DNA of 64,000 bases from Fidelibacterota bacterium SCGC AAA160-B08 (GCA_000402755.1 AQSD01000004.1:1366-65365), one strand, 5' to 3'. Counted from the first letter of the stretch, positions 34,697 to 45,615 are shown. Translations and numbers: made by a program. Notes: generated from the letters alone by a model not told the origin.

Positions 34697-35242
34697 ATGA
34701 ATTATCAACTTGCAACTCTCTTTGGTTTAGGTAGGCTTCCAGGAGGAGGAACCTGGGCTTCTTTATTTGTTTTGATAGTAACTATCTTATCTAAAGATCC
34801 ATCTAATACACTCCTATTCTTCATTTCTATCACACTTCTTTTTGCACCTGCTATATATAAAAAATCATTACCTTTATTTAGCTCTAAAGATCCTAAGGAA
34901 TTTGTATTGGATGAAGTCATTGGAATGGCTCTCGCTCTTATTGCAGTACACACGTTTTCTAGTATTTTTGGAGGTTTTATTTTTAATCTTCCTGATTATA
35001 TAAATAATCAAGAACTCTTATTTTTTACAACATTTATAGTATTTCGAATTTTTGATATAAGCAAAATAGGTCCTATTGGTTGGATTGATGACCCAAATAC
35101 TGCACCAGTATGGTGGAGTAATATTGATAGTAGTGCTAAGGATTCTGCGTATATGAATGTTATAGGGGACGATATCATGGCAGCGCTATTAACTGGTATT
35201 GTTGTTATTTCTATTTTAAGTACTTGTTTGTGGGTCATATAA
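34697..35242 (+). CDS. pgpA: phosphatidylglycerophosphatase A
   Basis: 181 aa. It aligns by eye with E. coli PgpA blocks (FGLGRLPGGGTWASL; VLDEVIGMA; FRIFDISKIGPIGW; IGDDIMAAL). Confidence 0.75.
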   Translation: MNYQLATLFGLGRLPGGGTWASLFVLIVTILSKDPSNTLLFFISITLLFAPAIYKKSLPLFSSKDPKEFVLDEVIGMALALIAVHTFSSIFGGFIFNLPDYINNQELLFFTTFIVFRIFDISKIGPIGWIDDPNTAPVWWSNIDSSAKDSAYMNVIGDDIMAALLTGIVVISILSTCLWVI

Positions 35243-36525
35243 TGAAGATTGGAATCATAACCATTGGAAATGAATTATTGAGCGGATTTACCATTGATCG
35301 TAATTCTGCTTGGATTGGACAAAAGTTGTTAGAGTCTGGTATGAAAGTACACATAAGACAAACTATTCAAGACGATTTAGGTGATATCTACGACACTCTT
35401 GAGTCGATGTGGAAAGAATGGGAATGTGACTATATAATTGTTACCGGAGGTCTCGGTCCAACTGTTGATGATATTACAGTATCTACTTTTCTCGAATACT
35501 TTGATGACAAACATGAATTTGATAAAGAGTATTGGAGTATGCTCAAAGAGCGTTTTGAAAGGTTAAACTTCAAAATGCCAAACTTAAATAAGAATCAAGC
35601 TTACAGGTCAAAAAAAGGTAAAATGATTGAAAATTTAGTTGGAACAGCCAGAGGGTTGCACTACAAAAAAGGTCATGCTTCTCTTTTTAAAAATATAAAA
35701 ACTATCGCTAAGGGAGGCCCTAAAAATACCCATTTTTTTGCATTACCAGGTGTTCCTCAAGAGATGAAGTCAATGTTTACAAACTATGTTCTACCTTTAT
35801 TAGAAGATGAACTAGATAGTAAGATGCTTTGTAGGTCAATTAGAACCACAGGTGTCCCAGAGTCTATCCTACAAGAAAAAATATCCGACTTGATAGATTT
35901 GAATAAAGGAAAGTGTGATATTGCATTTTTACCACATCGTATGCTTGGAGTTGATATTCGATTAACAACTCAAGATAAAGAGCTTCTTGATAATTTGCTC
36001 AACTCTATTGTTGAAAGGATTGATAAGTATGTATATGGTTTTGATTCTGACAAATTAGAGGGGGTTGTTGCAGATCTTTTGATTGACAGCAATACAACAA
36101 TTGCTACAGCTGAATCTTGTACAGCAGGCATGTTAAGTGCTAGGCTTACGGATGTTCCTGGAAGCTCTAAATACTTCAATGGTGGTATTGTTTGTTATAG
36201 CAATCAACTAAAAAATGAATTAGTAAATGTTAAGCAAAAAACCTTAGATAAATATGGGGCTGTCAGCGAAGAAATTGCACATGAATTGGCCGTTAATATT
36301 GCTAAGAAATTAAATAGTGAAATAGGCGTAGGTATAACAGGGATAGCAGGTCCAGATGGTGGAACTGAAGAAAAACCAGTAGGATTGGTATTTGTTGGAA
36401 TATCTTATAAAAATAATGTATATATTAAGAAGTATAATTTAACACCAAACCGTAATATCAATCGCGAATTAACAGTTATTTTATGCTTAAATGAGATAAG
36501 AAAAATTTTAGAAAATTCTAAATAA
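35242..36525 (+). CDS. cinA: CinA-family competence/damage-inducible protein (MoCF-binding domain + PncC NMN amidohydrolase domain)
   Basis: [15 protein letters not shown], the [10 protein letters not shown] motif, and C-terminal TAESCTAG...TGIAGP. ATG 35242 (TAATG overlap) is preferred to the track's TTG 35224. Confidence 0.9.
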   Translation: MKIGIITIGNELLSGFTIDRNSAWIGQKLLESGMKVHIRQTIQDDLGDIYDTLESMWKEWECDYIIVTGGLGPTVDDITVSTFLEYFDDKHEFDKEYWSMLKERFERLNFKMPNLNKNQAYRSKKGKMIENLVGTARGLHYKKGHASLFKNIKTIAKGGPKNTHFFALPGVPQEMKSMFTNYVLPLLEDELDSKMLCRSIRTTGVPESILQEKISDLIDLNKGKCDIAFLPHRMLGVDIRLTTQDKELLDNLLNSIVERIDKYVYGFDSDKLEGVVADLLIDSNTTIATAESCTAGMLSARLTDVPGSSKYFNGGIVCYSNQLKNELVNVKQKTLDKYGAVSEEIAHELAVNIAKKLNSEIGVGITGIAGPDGGTEEKPVGLVFVGISYKNNVYIKKYNLTPNRNINRELTVILCLNEIRKILENSK

Positions 36526-36550
36526 AAATAAATTTAAAAAAGGAAGAGTC

Positions 36551-37555
36551 ATGGCAACAAAAAAAGAAGCAGCAAATAAAACCAAAGTATTAGATACAGT
36601 ACAACAGGATATTAACAAAGAATATGGTGAGGGCTCAATCATGCGATTAGGCGGAACAGCTAGCTTAGATGTTGAGGCTATTTCTACAGGATGTTTATCA
36701 TTAGATATGGCTTTAGGTGTCGGTGGAGTTCCAAAGGGACGAATTATAGAAGTTTTTGGACCAGAATCTTCCGGAAAAACAACTTTAGCTTTGCATATTG
36801 TTGCTGAGTGTCAAAAAAATGGAGGTTCAGCTGCATTTATCGATGTAGAAAATGCTCTAGACCCTATATATGCAGAAAATCTAGGTTGCAAACCAGACGA
36901 CTTATTAGTTTCTCAACCAGATACTGCGGAACAAGCATTAGATATTTTACAAAAATTACTTGAGACAGGTGCACTAGATGTAATTGTTATTGATTCGGTT
37001 GCTGCGCTAGTTCCTAGAAAAGAATTAGAAGGTCAAATTGGAGATCTTACTGTTGGGTTGCAAGCACGTTTAATGTCTCAGGCTTTGCGTAAACTATCTG
37101 GACCTATTAACAAGTCAAGAACATGTGTTGTTTTTATTAATCAAATTAGAGAAAAAATTGGAGTAATGTTTGGTAGTCCTGAAACTACTCCAGGTGGAAG
37201 AGCTTTAAAGTTTTATTCATCAGTTAGATTAGATATTCGTAGAATTGCCGCTATTAAAGAAGGTACAGATATGACTGGAAATAGAACGAGAGTGAAGGTT
37301 GTAAAAAATAAAGTGGCTCCACCATTCAAAATGACTGAATTTGACATTATGTACGGTAAAGGTATATCATATGAAGGTGACTTGCTTGATCTCGCACTAC
37401 AAGGTGGTATAGTAGAAAAAATGGGCTCCTGGTTCTCTTATAAGGGTAATAAAATAGCTCAAGGAAGAGAAAAAGTAAAAATACTTCTACAATCAGATGA
37501 CAAACTACTCAAAAGCGTACTTTCTGATGTGAAAAACTATCTAGGGCTAGCTTAA
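36551..37555 (+). CDS. recA: recombinase RecA
   Basis: 334 aa with Walker [10 protein letters not shown], and the motifs [18 protein letters not shown] and [11 protein letters not shown]. Confidence 0.97.
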   Translation: MATKKEAANKTKVLDTVQQDINKEYGEGSIMRLGGTASLDVEAISTGCLSLDMALGVGGVPKGRIIEVFGPESSGKTTLALHIVAECQKNGGSAAFIDVENALDPIYAENLGCKPDDLLVSQPDTAEQALDILQKLLETGALDVIVIDSVAALVPRKELEGQIGDLTVGLQARLMSQALRKLSGPINKSRTCVVFINQIREKIGVMFGSPETTPGGRALKFYSSVRLDIRRIAAIKEGTDMTGNRTRVKVVKNKVAPPFKMTEFDIMYGKGISYEGDLLDLALQGGIVEKMGSWFSYKGNKIAQGREKVKILLQSDDKLLKSVLSDVKNYLGLA

Positions 37556-37572
37556 GCTCTACTTAGATACTA

Positions 37573-38754
37573 GTGGTTAAAAGTTTAAACATAGGGGATC
37601 GAATCGAAGTTGAGATTGGTCCTATTGCTCATGGGGGTCATTTCATATCCCGCCATAATGGTCAAGTTGTATTTGTTCGACATGGTATTACAGGTGAAAA
37701 AGCTATTGTAGAGATTACATCTGTATCATCAAAATTAGCTCACGGAGATGCCGTAGAAATTTTAGAAAAATCAACCGAAAGAATAGAGCCTGCTTGCAAG
37801 TATGCTATTCCAGGTGGATGTGGAGGTTGTGACTTTCAACATATCGCTTTATCTGCTCAACAAAAAATGAAGTTAGATGTTGTGAAAGACCAGTTTTTAC
37901 GTATCGGAAAAATAGAAGTTGACCCTGAAATGATTGCAGTCGAGCCTAAAGATGGTTTACATTGGCGAACTCGTTTTGATTTTGCAGTTTCTGACAATGG
38001 TCATGTCGGTTTATATGCCTCAAAAACAAAAAAAATTATTGAAATTGATGAATGTCTCATTGGTCTTAAGGAAATTAATACTCCTGAAATATTTAATAAA
38101 AAATGGAATGGAGATGATCGCGTTAGAGTTGCTGTATCTAGCTCAGGTCAGAAAAATATATCTAGAGGAAAATTTACTATTTCAGGTCCATCAAAACTTC
38201 GTGAAGTAATTGGCGAGAATACTTATAATATTTCTTCGCATTCATTCTGGCAAAGTCATATACGTGCACCAAAAACATTAACAGACCTATCCTTAGATCT
38301 TATGAATTTAAAGCCCGGAGACATTGTTTGTGATTTGTATGGCGGCGTTGGATTGTTTACTATGCCAATTACAGAAAAAATTGGAAATCATGGACATGTT
38401 CATTTGATTGAACTAAGTAATCAAGCTACTAGGGATGCATCAAAGATATTTAAAGGATATAATAATGTTTCGATTCATAAAGGTTCTGTGGATAAAAAAT
38501 TACGCTACATTCAGGACATTGATGTTATTCTGCTAGATCCACCTAGGACTGGAGCTGGTAAGATAGCTATAGATCAAATTTCCTCTAAAAAGCCTAGAAC
38601 TATCGTTTATATTTCATGTGATCCAGCATCGCTTGCTAGAGATAGTAGGTTTTTAGAAGATTCTGGGTATTCTTTAGATAAGATTACTGCTGTTGATTTA
38701 TTTCCAATGACGCATCATATCGAATGTGTTGTCAAGTTTGTACTTAAAAACTAA
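37573..38754 (+). CDS. TRAM-domain 23S rRNA (uracil-5)-methyltransferase, RlmD/RumA family
   Basis: 393 aa, GTG start. N-terminal TRAM barrel, Fe-S Cys cluster C..(6)..CGGCDFQH, SAM motif DLYGGVG, and the catalytic region LDPPRTG...YISCDPASLARD. Confidence 0.8.
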   Translation: MVKSLNIGDRIEVEIGPIAHGGHFISRHNGQVVFVRHGITGEKAIVEITSVSSKLAHGDAVEILEKSTERIEPACKYAIPGGCGGCDFQHIALSAQQKMKLDVVKDQFLRIGKIEVDPEMIAVEPKDGLHWRTRFDFAVSDNGHVGLYASKTKKIIEIDECLIGLKEINTPEIFNKKWNGDDRVRVAVSSSGQKNISRGKFTISGPSKLREVIGENTYNISSHSFWQSHIRAPKTLTDLSLDLMNLKPGDIVCDLYGGVGLFTMPITEKIGNHGHVHLIELSNQATRDASKIFKGYNNVSIHKGSVDKKLRYIQDIDVILLDPPRTGAGKIAIDQISSKKPRTIVYISCDPASLARDSRFLEDSGYSLDKITAVDLFPMTHHIECVVKFVLKN

Positions 38755-40329
38755 CTAGTACTTTTCAAAGTAATCGCTAGATAAATCTTTTAGCTTATTA
38801 CTTAATAGTATGATAGCAAGTAAGTTTGGAAAAGTCATGAATGCTAGAGCTGCATCTCCAAATATCCACACTTGTTCTAGAGTTAGCATCGATCCTACAA
38901 AAACCATAAATACATAACAGTATCTGTAGATAGAAATTGCACCAGTTCCAAATAAATATTCTGTAGCTCTTTCTCCATAAAAAGACCAACTAATAGCAGT
39001 AGATAAAGCAAATAATACAACAGCTACTGTTACTACTTGCGCTCCGATAGAAGGCATTCCAATTCCAAATGCATGGCTTGTTAAGAGAACTCCTGCCTTT
39101 AAGTCTGTTACAGAAGGGTCAATTCTTTGGCTGTAAAATTCAGTTAAATGCCATGAATTAGTTACCATTATAACAAGTCCTGTCAATGTACAAATAATGA
39201 TAGTATCAATATATGGCTCTAATAGAGCAACAACGCCTTCTCTTACAGCATATGGTGTCTTAGCTGTTGAGTGTGCAATAGCAGCAGATCCTTGTCCAGA
39301 TTCACTTGAGAACAAGCCTCTTTTTACACCCATCATCATTGTATTTAAAAATGAAATGAATGCTCCCGCAGCTATTCCAATAGCTGGATCTTTAATGGAA
39401 GGAGGGTTGAATGCCATTGTAAAAATAGTACTAAAAGACTCTCCAACTCTTTCATAGTTAGTAAGAATAATAAATAATGCACACATAACATAAATTGCTG
39501 CCATAATCGGGACCAGATAGCTTGTTACATTACCAATACGCTTAATACCGCCAAGAATGACAGCCCCAACAATAGCAGCGGATGATAAGCCTATTATAAC
39601 ATGCATTAAAGAAATATTTGATTCACTACCAAGTAAGGTAATTGAGTTTGTAGCCATGATAGCATTATCAGATCCAGTAATAGTTAATATTTGAGCATAT
39701 AACTGTTGTGTTAAAGTATTGGATTGAATTGCATTTCCAGTAAAAAATGAGCAGATAATAGCAAAACAAGCAAAGGTAGCAGCTAGCCATCTCCACTTAG
39801 GTCCTAAGCCATTTTCAATAGTATACATAGGTCCACCAGCAGTATTTCCAAGAGAGTCAGTTTCTCTATATTCTAATGCGAGTGTACATTCAGCATATTT
39901 TAGTGCTGTTCCAAAAAAAGCGGTAATCCACATCCAAAATAATGCTCCTGGACCACCATAATAAATAGCAATAGCAACTCCTGCAATATTTCCAATACCG
40001 ACTGTTGCTGCCAATGCAGTTGAGAGCGCTTTAAAGTGATTTAAATCACCTTCATCGTCAACGTGATCATAATCTCCTCGCGTTACTCGAATTCCATGCA
40101 GCACTCTTCTTAATTGAGGAAAACCTAATTTAAATGTCATATAAATACCCGTTCCAAGTAATGCAACCACCATAAATGGGATGCTACTTATAGGGTAATC
40201 TGCTTTAAAAGTATCTGAGAATAAATTTCCAGGAAAAGACCAAGCTGAATCATAAAAATGAACTCCTTGAGTTACAAGTACTATACCTATAATACTAAAT
40301 ATGATTGCTGAAAGTCTAATTTTTGACAT
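38755..40329 (-). CDS. alanine/glycine:cation (sodium) symporter, AGCS family
   Basis: 524 aa, polytopic, with the AGCS signatures ALAATVGIGNIAGVA and GGPGALFWMW. Confidence 0.85.
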   Translation of the reverse strand: MSKIRLSAIIFSIIGIVLVTQGVHFYDSAWSFPGNLFSDTFKADYPISSIPFMVVALLGTGIYMTFKLGFPQLRRVLHGIRVTRGDYDHVDDEGDLNHFKALSTALAATVGIGNIAGVAIAIYYGGPGALFWMWITAFFGTALKYAECTLALEYRETDSLGNTAGGPMYTIENGLGPKWRWLAATFACFAIICSFFTGNAIQSNTLTQQLYAQILTITGSDNAIMATNSITLLGSESNISLMHVIIGLSSAAIVGAVILGGIKRIGNVTSYLVPIMAAIYVMCALFIILTNYERVGESFSTIFTMAFNPPSIKDPAIGIAAGAFISFLNTMMMGVKRGLFSSESGQGSAAIAHSTAKTPYAVREGVVALLEPYIDTIIICTLTGLVIMVTNSWHLTEFYSQRIDPSVTDLKAGVLLTSHAFGIGMPSIGAQVVTVAVVLFALSTAISWSFYGERATEYLFGTGAISIYRYCYVFMVFVGSMLTLEQVWIFGDAALAFMTFPNLLAIILLSNKLKDLSSDYFEKY

Positions 40330-40363
40330 GCATGAATATTAAAAATTTTTTTTAAAAGTAAAC

Positions 40364-40945
40364 ATGAATTTTATTATTAATTTACTTTTCATGTTAATTG
40401 CAGGAGTAGATGAAGTAGGTAGAGGTGCGCTGGCTGGTCCAGTAGTAGCGGCAGCAGTCATATTAGATAATGATATAGATGGCTTAAACGACTCTAAGAA
40501 ATTGACAGAAAAAAAGCGTAATACTCTTTTTCAAATTATCAACGATACAGCATTGTCTGTTGCTGTGGGTATTAAATGGAACGACTATATAGATAATGTT
40601 AATATAAAAGTTGCATCAGAGCATGCAATGATTGATGCGATTAATAGCTTGAGTCTTAAGCCAGATAAGGTCATGGTAGATGGATTTCCTTTAGATATAG
40701 CAATTGAAAATGAAGGTATTATAAAAGGAGATCAAAAAATTAGATCAATTATGGCAGCTTCTATTATAGCAAAAGTTACTAGAGATGAAATTATGCGTTC
40801 ATTTCACTATATTTATCCCATGTATGGTTTTAATAAAAATAAAGGATATGGCACTAAACAACATTACGATGCTCTAAAGGAGCATTCTTATGTATCAATT
40901 CACAGGGAAACATTTAAGCCCATATCTAGTATGGTAAATAGATGA
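40364..40945 (+). CDS. rnhB: ribonuclease HII
   Basis: The IAGVDEVGRGALAGPVVAAAV catalytic DE motif and the DSKKL and ASIIAK motifs are present. The start may instead be ATG 40391 (MLIAGVDE...). Confidence 0.9.
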   Translation: MNFIINLLFMLIAGVDEVGRGALAGPVVAAAVILDNDIDGLNDSKKLTEKKRNTLFQIINDTALSVAVGIKWNDYIDNVNIKVASEHAMIDAINSLSLKPDKVMVDGFPLDIAIENEGIIKGDQKIRSIMAASIIAKVTRDEIMRSFHYIYPMYGFNKNKGYGTKQHYDALKEHSYVSIHRETFKPISSMVNR

Positions 40946-41940
40946 ATAAATTCATATCAGAGATAAAATCACTATTAGCGCTTATCTTAATTGTACTATT
41001 TCTTAAAGAAACGGTCGTTGAGCTTTACATAGTTCCAACTACTAGTATGGAAAGAAATATATTAAAAGGAGATATGTTAGTAGGAAGTCGTTTTGCTTAT
41101 GGTATGAAATTACCACAAAAGATTTGGGTGCCATTTACAGCCATTAGTATTCCAACTTTTTTACCTGATTATAGATTTCCCGCATTTAAGAAGGTGGAAA
41201 GAGGAGACGTCGTTGTTTTTGAATACCCAAGAGATATTGTTTATAAGTATGTAAAGCGATGCATAGGTATTGCCGGCGATACAATTAGAATAGAAGATAG
41301 AAAAGTTTATGTTAATGATATTATAATGGATCTTCCTGAAGGAGGTCAATTTCTTTCAAGCTCTTATTCAGAGAAAAATATCATAGAAAAAGATATTTTT
41401 TTAGGAGCTAAGGGTGATAATTCTGGTTTTAGTGGAAATAAAGATCAATATCCTGAGATTACTATTCCTAAAAAGGGAGACACTTTCTTATTGGATGAAT
41501 CTATGGATTGGCAATTGGTTATACCTATTCTATTATATGAGGGTAATAAGGTAGAGTTGATTTACAAAGAAACGAGATTTGCTTTCACGAATAAAAGCCC
41601 TAGAGATATTTTTAGAAGAACAGGTGACAGGGTTATTTTTAAAGATTATGTTCCTACCGAAGGAGCAACATTGATTAATCCATGGTCCCCTATGTTTAAG
41701 AAAGAATATATCCAACATCTTCATATAAACGGAAAATCAATTAGTGATATAGATTCATACAAAGTTCAGCAAGACTATTTTTGGATGATGGGAGATAATA
41801 GAGATAATAGTGAGGATTCTAGATATTGGGGATTTGTACCAGAAAGTCACATATTAGGTCAGCCAGTTATCACATGGTTCTCAATTAATCTTGATAATTA
41901 TATTCCAAGAATTTCACGTATTGGAAAAATTCCTAATTAG
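40942..41940 (+). CDS. lepB: signal peptidase I
   Basis: 332 aa with an N-terminal TM. Catalytic Ser box VPTTSMERNI, Lys box KRCIGIAGD, and GDNRDNSEDSRYWGFVP. Confidence 0.9.
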   Translation: MNKFISEIKSLLALILIVLFLKETVVELYIVPTTSMERNILKGDMLVGSRFAYGMKLPQKIWVPFTAISIPTFLPDYRFPAFKKVERGDVVVFEYPRDIVYKYVKRCIGIAGDTIRIEDRKVYVNDIIMDLPEGGQFLSSSYSEKNIIEKDIFLGAKGDNSGFSGNKDQYPEITIPKKGDTFLLDESMDWQLVIPILLYEGNKVELIYKETRFAFTNKSPRDIFRRTGDRVIFKDYVPTEGATLINPWSPMFKKEYIQHLHINGKSISDIDSYKVQQDYFWMMGDNRDNSEDSRYWGFVPESHILGQPVITWFSINLDNYIPRISRIGKIPN

Positions 41941-42015
41941 AAAAAAAAAGTTTTCATATTGGGTTTTCATTGATTAGTTTCGGTGGACTTAAAAAAAACA
42001 ACTGAGGTATTATAA

Positions 42016-42513
42016 ATGTTAACTAGTACAGAAAAGATTCTTAGCGTTGTAGCTTTAGCCCTTACCGTAGCGGTAGGTTTTTCATTATTACAATATAATT
42101 CTGCAATGGATGAAATGACTCAATTAAGACAAGAGCAAGTTGAACATGTAGATATGGTAAATCAAGAATTTAAACAGAGAGTAAAAGCTGTTGAGCTTGA
42201 AAATATTGGCCAAGGAAAAGAAATTAAAAGAGGTCAAGATAGAATTACTGCTAACACAAAATTAATTTATACTAAAGCTGATTCTCTTGGTAGTTTAATT
42301 GATGATTTAGCTTATGAAATCAAAAGAGTTGATCGTGACTTAACTAAGAAAATCAAGAATGTTCAACGTGACCTAGAGGGATTAGAAGACAATTTTGATT
42401 CTGAAAAACGTAGAACAAGAAGAGATCTTTCAGATATTAAGAAACAACTTAAAAAATTAGATGCAGCAGTATTCCCACCAGAAGAAGAAGTTGAAGGCGA
42501 TAAAAAGAAATAG
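42016..42513 (+). CDS. hypothetical membrane-anchored coiled-coil protein
   Basis: 165 aa: one N-terminal TM helix, then heptad-rich charged sequence. No family recognised. Confidence 0.5.
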   Translation: MLTSTEKILSVVALALTVAVGFSLLQYNSAMDEMTQLRQEQVEHVDMVNQEFKQRVKAVELENIGQGKEIKRGQDRITANTKLIYTKADSLGSLIDDLAYEIKRVDRDLTKKIKNVQRDLEGLEDNFDSEKRRTRRDLSDIKKQLKKLDAAVFPPEEEVEGDKKK

Positions 42514-42535
42514 CATGTAATTTGATTACTATTAG

Positions 42536-42564
42536 AAAAGGGCTTTTTATAAGCCCTTTTTTTT
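42536..42564. terminator. intrinsic terminator (bidirectional; also downstream of the minus-strand tRNA-Leu)
   Basis: 10-bp stem AAAAGGGCTT (42536-42545) / AAGCCCTTTT (42551-42560) with a 5-nt loop, followed by TTTT. Confidence 0.7.
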
Positions 42565-42565
42565 G

Positions 42566-42649
42566 TACCGAGAGTCGGGCTCGAACCGACACGAGGAAAC
42601 CCTCACCGGATTTTGAATCCGGCGCGTCTACCAATTCCGCCATCCCGGC
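42566..42649 (-). tRNA. tRNA-Leu (anticodon CAA), class II
   Basis: Reverse complement GCCGGGATGGCGGAATTGGTAGACGC...; anticodon stem CCGGA/TCCGG, loop TTCAAAA, T arm GTCGG-TTCGAGC-CCGAC. The acceptor has two G-U pairs. Confidence 0.85.
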
Positions 42650-42720
42650 AAAAATGTTGACAAATTTCACCTAAATTATGTAGCTTGTCAATAGCAGAGT
42701 ATTTAATCAAGGAGAAAAAA

Positions 42721-44592
42721 GTGTCATTTAAAACCGTACCAGGAATGTTTCAATTTTTAGTAAACGAAAGACCAAATCTTAAAACCTTCTTTACAAAAGG
42801 TGAAAATGGATGGGAAGGCGTTGAGCTAACAGATCTACAAAAGCTAGTGGAAGACTTTGCAAATGGGTTAAAAAATTTAGGCGTCAATGATCATGATAAG
42901 GTGGCAATTATTGGTGCTAATTCTCGTGAATGGGCTATTTCAGATTATGCAATTGCACATATTAGAGCGGTTTCTGTTCCAGTCTATCCAACACTTATTC
43001 CAGCTCAATCTCGATACGTAGTAGAGCATTCAGAAAGTAAGATTGCAATTGTACAAGACGCGCTACAGTTAGACAAGGTTTATTCTTTAATAAATGATGC
43101 AAATGCGAGTTTAAGTACTATCATAATTATGGATGATAGTTATGAAGGTAATAAAGAAAATGTTGTAAAATTTTCTGAAGTTTTTAAAATGAAAAATGAA
43201 GTACATGATATTCGTGAACTTTCAAAAAAAGTTGTGGAAGATGATTTGCTGACACTTATTTATACAAGTGGTACAACAGGAAATCCTAAAGGCGTTATGT
43301 TGAGTCATTCAAACATATGCAATAACTTACTATCAATTGATCATTTAATTAAAAAAGCAATGGAGTTAAACCCTCATCTTAAGCCTGAAGATGGTATTGA
43401 AAGGTTTATATCATTTCTACCAATAAGTCATAGTTTTGAAAGAGTAGGCGGTCATTATTCTATTTTTAGCCAAGGTACTCAAATTTATTATGCAGAAATG
43501 AACTTTACTCCAGAAATACTTTTTGAAAATATTAGAGAAGTTCGACCTACATTTTTAACAGCTGTTCCAAGAATTTTTGAGAAAATACATGGAAAAATAA
43601 TGGACGCTGTATCAGAAATGACTGGTGTTAAAAAAACACTCGCCGAATGGTCTATTGATGTTGGTATGCAAACTGTTCCATATAGACAGGCAAGTAAAAA
43701 ACTTCCATTTATGCTAGATTTCAAATATAAAATAGCTGATAAACTAGTTTTAAATAAGTTTAGAGCTGCCCTAGGTGGGAAGGTAAGATCTTGTTCATCA
43801 GGCGGATCAGCATTATCAAAAGAGGTTGGATCATTCTTCTGTGGAATAGGTATATCTATTATTGAAGGATACGGTTTAACTGAGACTAGTCCAGTAATGA
43901 CACTTGGAGACCCAGAGTTCTTTAAGTTTGGTACGGTTGGTAGAGCTATTCCTGGCGTTGAAGTAAAGATTGCTGAAGATGGTGAAATTTTATGTAAAGG
44001 TCATTGTGTTATGCAAGGATATTATAAAAATGAAGAAGCAACCAACGAAGCTATAGTCGATGGATGGTTTCACTCCGGAGATATTGGTAAATTTGATGAA
44101 GATGGTCTCTTACGAATTACAGATAGAAAGAAGAGCTTAATTGTTACTTCTGGAGGTAAGAATGTTGCGCCCCAACCTATGGAAGTTTCATTAACGTCCA
44201 GTAAATATATTGAGCAATGCAATGTTGTAGGAGATGATAGAAATTTCATTTCAGCTCTCATAGTCCCAAATAAAGAGAATTTAATATCCTGGGCAGAAGA
44301 TAAAGGCTTAGCATCCTTAGATTATAAAAGTCTATGTGCACATCCTGATGCTTATGATATGATTGATATAATCGTTAGAGATGTAATGACAAATTTCTCT
44401 AGATATGAATCAATCCGTAAGTTTGTCCTTATTCATGAAGAGTGGACGGTTGATGCCGGTGAATTAACACCTAAAATGTCTATAAAACGTAAAGTTGTTA
44501 CAACAAAGCATAAAGACGAAATTGAAGAGATGTACAATCCAAATAATGCACCAACAAGATCATCTGATGATAGTGGTCATTTAGGCGGATAA
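42721..44592 (+). CDS. long-chain fatty acid--CoA ligase (AMP-forming, ANL superfamily)
   Basis: AMP motif YTSGTTGNPKGV, plus GYGLTET and SGDIG..DEDG.L.ITDRKK. GTG 42721, preceded by AAGGAG and a 6-nt spacer, is preferred to the track's TTG 42685. Confidence 0.85.
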   Translation: MSFKTVPGMFQFLVNERPNLKTFFTKGENGWEGVELTDLQKLVEDFANGLKNLGVNDHDKVAIIGANSREWAISDYAIAHIRAVSVPVYPTLIPAQSRYVVEHSESKIAIVQDALQLDKVYSLINDANASLSTIIIMDDSYEGNKENVVKFSEVFKMKNEVHDIRELSKKVVEDDLLTLIYTSGTTGNPKGVMLSHSNICNNLLSIDHLIKKAMELNPHLKPEDGIERFISFLPISHSFERVGGHYSIFSQGTQIYYAEMNFTPEILFENIREVRPTFLTAVPRIFEKIHGKIMDAVSEMTGVKKTLAEWSIDVGMQTVPYRQASKKLPFMLDFKYKIADKLVLNKFRAALGGKVRSCSSGGSALSKEVGSFFCGIGISIIEGYGLTETSPVMTLGDPEFFKFGTVGRAIPGVEVKIAEDGEILCKGHCVMQGYYKNEEATNEAIVDGWFHSGDIGKFDEDGLLRITDRKKSLIVTSGGKNVAPQPMEVSLTSSKYIEQCNVVGDDRNFISALIVPNKENLISWAEDKGLASLDYKSLCAHPDAYDMIDIIVRDVMTNFSRYESIRKFVLIHEEWTVDAGELTPKMSIKRKVVTTKHKDEIEEMYNPNNAPTRSSDDSGHLGG

Positions 44593-44599
44593 TCGTCGA

Positions 44600-45520
44600 T
44601 TGTTGAATAAGTACTCTATATCTTTGATAGTAATATCGGTTTTCCTTACCGGTTGGACCTTGCCTAAAAATGACAATCCATATATTATTGTATTAGGTAT
44701 TGCTCAAGATGGTGGCGCTCCTCATGCGGCATGTACAAAAGAATGTTGTGCTAATAAATGGAACAACCCTCAATTACGCAATAAAGTATCCAGCTTGGGT
44801 ATTGTTGATCCATCAACCAATGAAGTATGGATGATTGATGCTACACCAGACTTTTCTTCACAGTTAAATACCCTGACAATGAATCAAAAAAGCACCTTTA
44901 AGGGAGTATTTCTAACACATGCTCACATAGGTCACTATACGGGATTAATCCATCTAGGACGTGAAGTTATGGGCGCAAAACAGATCCCAGTGTATGCTAT
45001 GCCAAAAATGAAAAGATTTTTGAGTGAAAATGGTCCCTGGAGTCAGCTTATCGGTTTAAATAATATCGATATTAAAAACCTTCAAGATAATACAAAAATT
45101 CAACTGAATGATAATTTAAGTATCACACCATTCATCGTTCCTCATCGCGATGAATTCTCTGAGACAGTAGGATATGAAATTAACGGCCCAAATAGATCGT
45201 TGGTGTTTATTCCAGATATAGATAAGTGGGAAAAATGGAGTGAGAATATTGAGGATATAGTAAGTAGTAACGATTTCAGTCTTTTAGATGGAACATTCTA
45301 TGATATTGATGAATTACCCGGAAGAGATATGTCAAAAATTCCTCATCCATTTATCGTTGAATCTATGGAAGTATTAGGCGATGTTGATAGCAAATCTAGA
45401 GTGCATTTTATTCATCTAAATCACACAAATCCAGCATTAGATAGATATTCAAATGCTATTAAGACGATAAAAGATAACGGTTTCAATGTTGCTAAAAGAA
45501 ATCAAAAATTTCATCTTTAA
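44600..45520 (+). CDS. PqqB-like metallo-beta-lactamase-fold protein
   Basis: 306 aa. It is collinear by eye with PqqB (VLGIAQDGGAPHAAC..CC; DATPDF..QL; LTHAHIGHYTGL; LLDGTFYD.DEL; FIHLNHTNPALD). It has an N-terminal hydrophobic segment. Confidence 0.65.
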   Translation: MLNKYSISLIVISVFLTGWTLPKNDNPYIIVLGIAQDGGAPHAACTKECCANKWNNPQLRNKVSSLGIVDPSTNEVWMIDATPDFSSQLNTLTMNQKSTFKGVFLTHAHIGHYTGLIHLGREVMGAKQIPVYAMPKMKRFLSENGPWSQLIGLNNIDIKNLQDNTKIQLNDNLSITPFIVPHRDEFSETVGYEINGPNRSLVFIPDIDKWEKWSENIEDIVSSNDFSLLDGTFYDIDELPGRDMSKIPHPFIVESMEVLGDVDSKSRVHFIHLNHTNPALDRYSNAIKTIKDNGFNVAKRNQKFHL

Positions 45521-45615
45521 AATTGTATCTTTTTCTGTGCAACTTTTATCTAAAATAAATGTCTAAATAGTAGTTCTGTATTAGCAATATATTCACTATT
45601 ATTAGAGGCATTATT

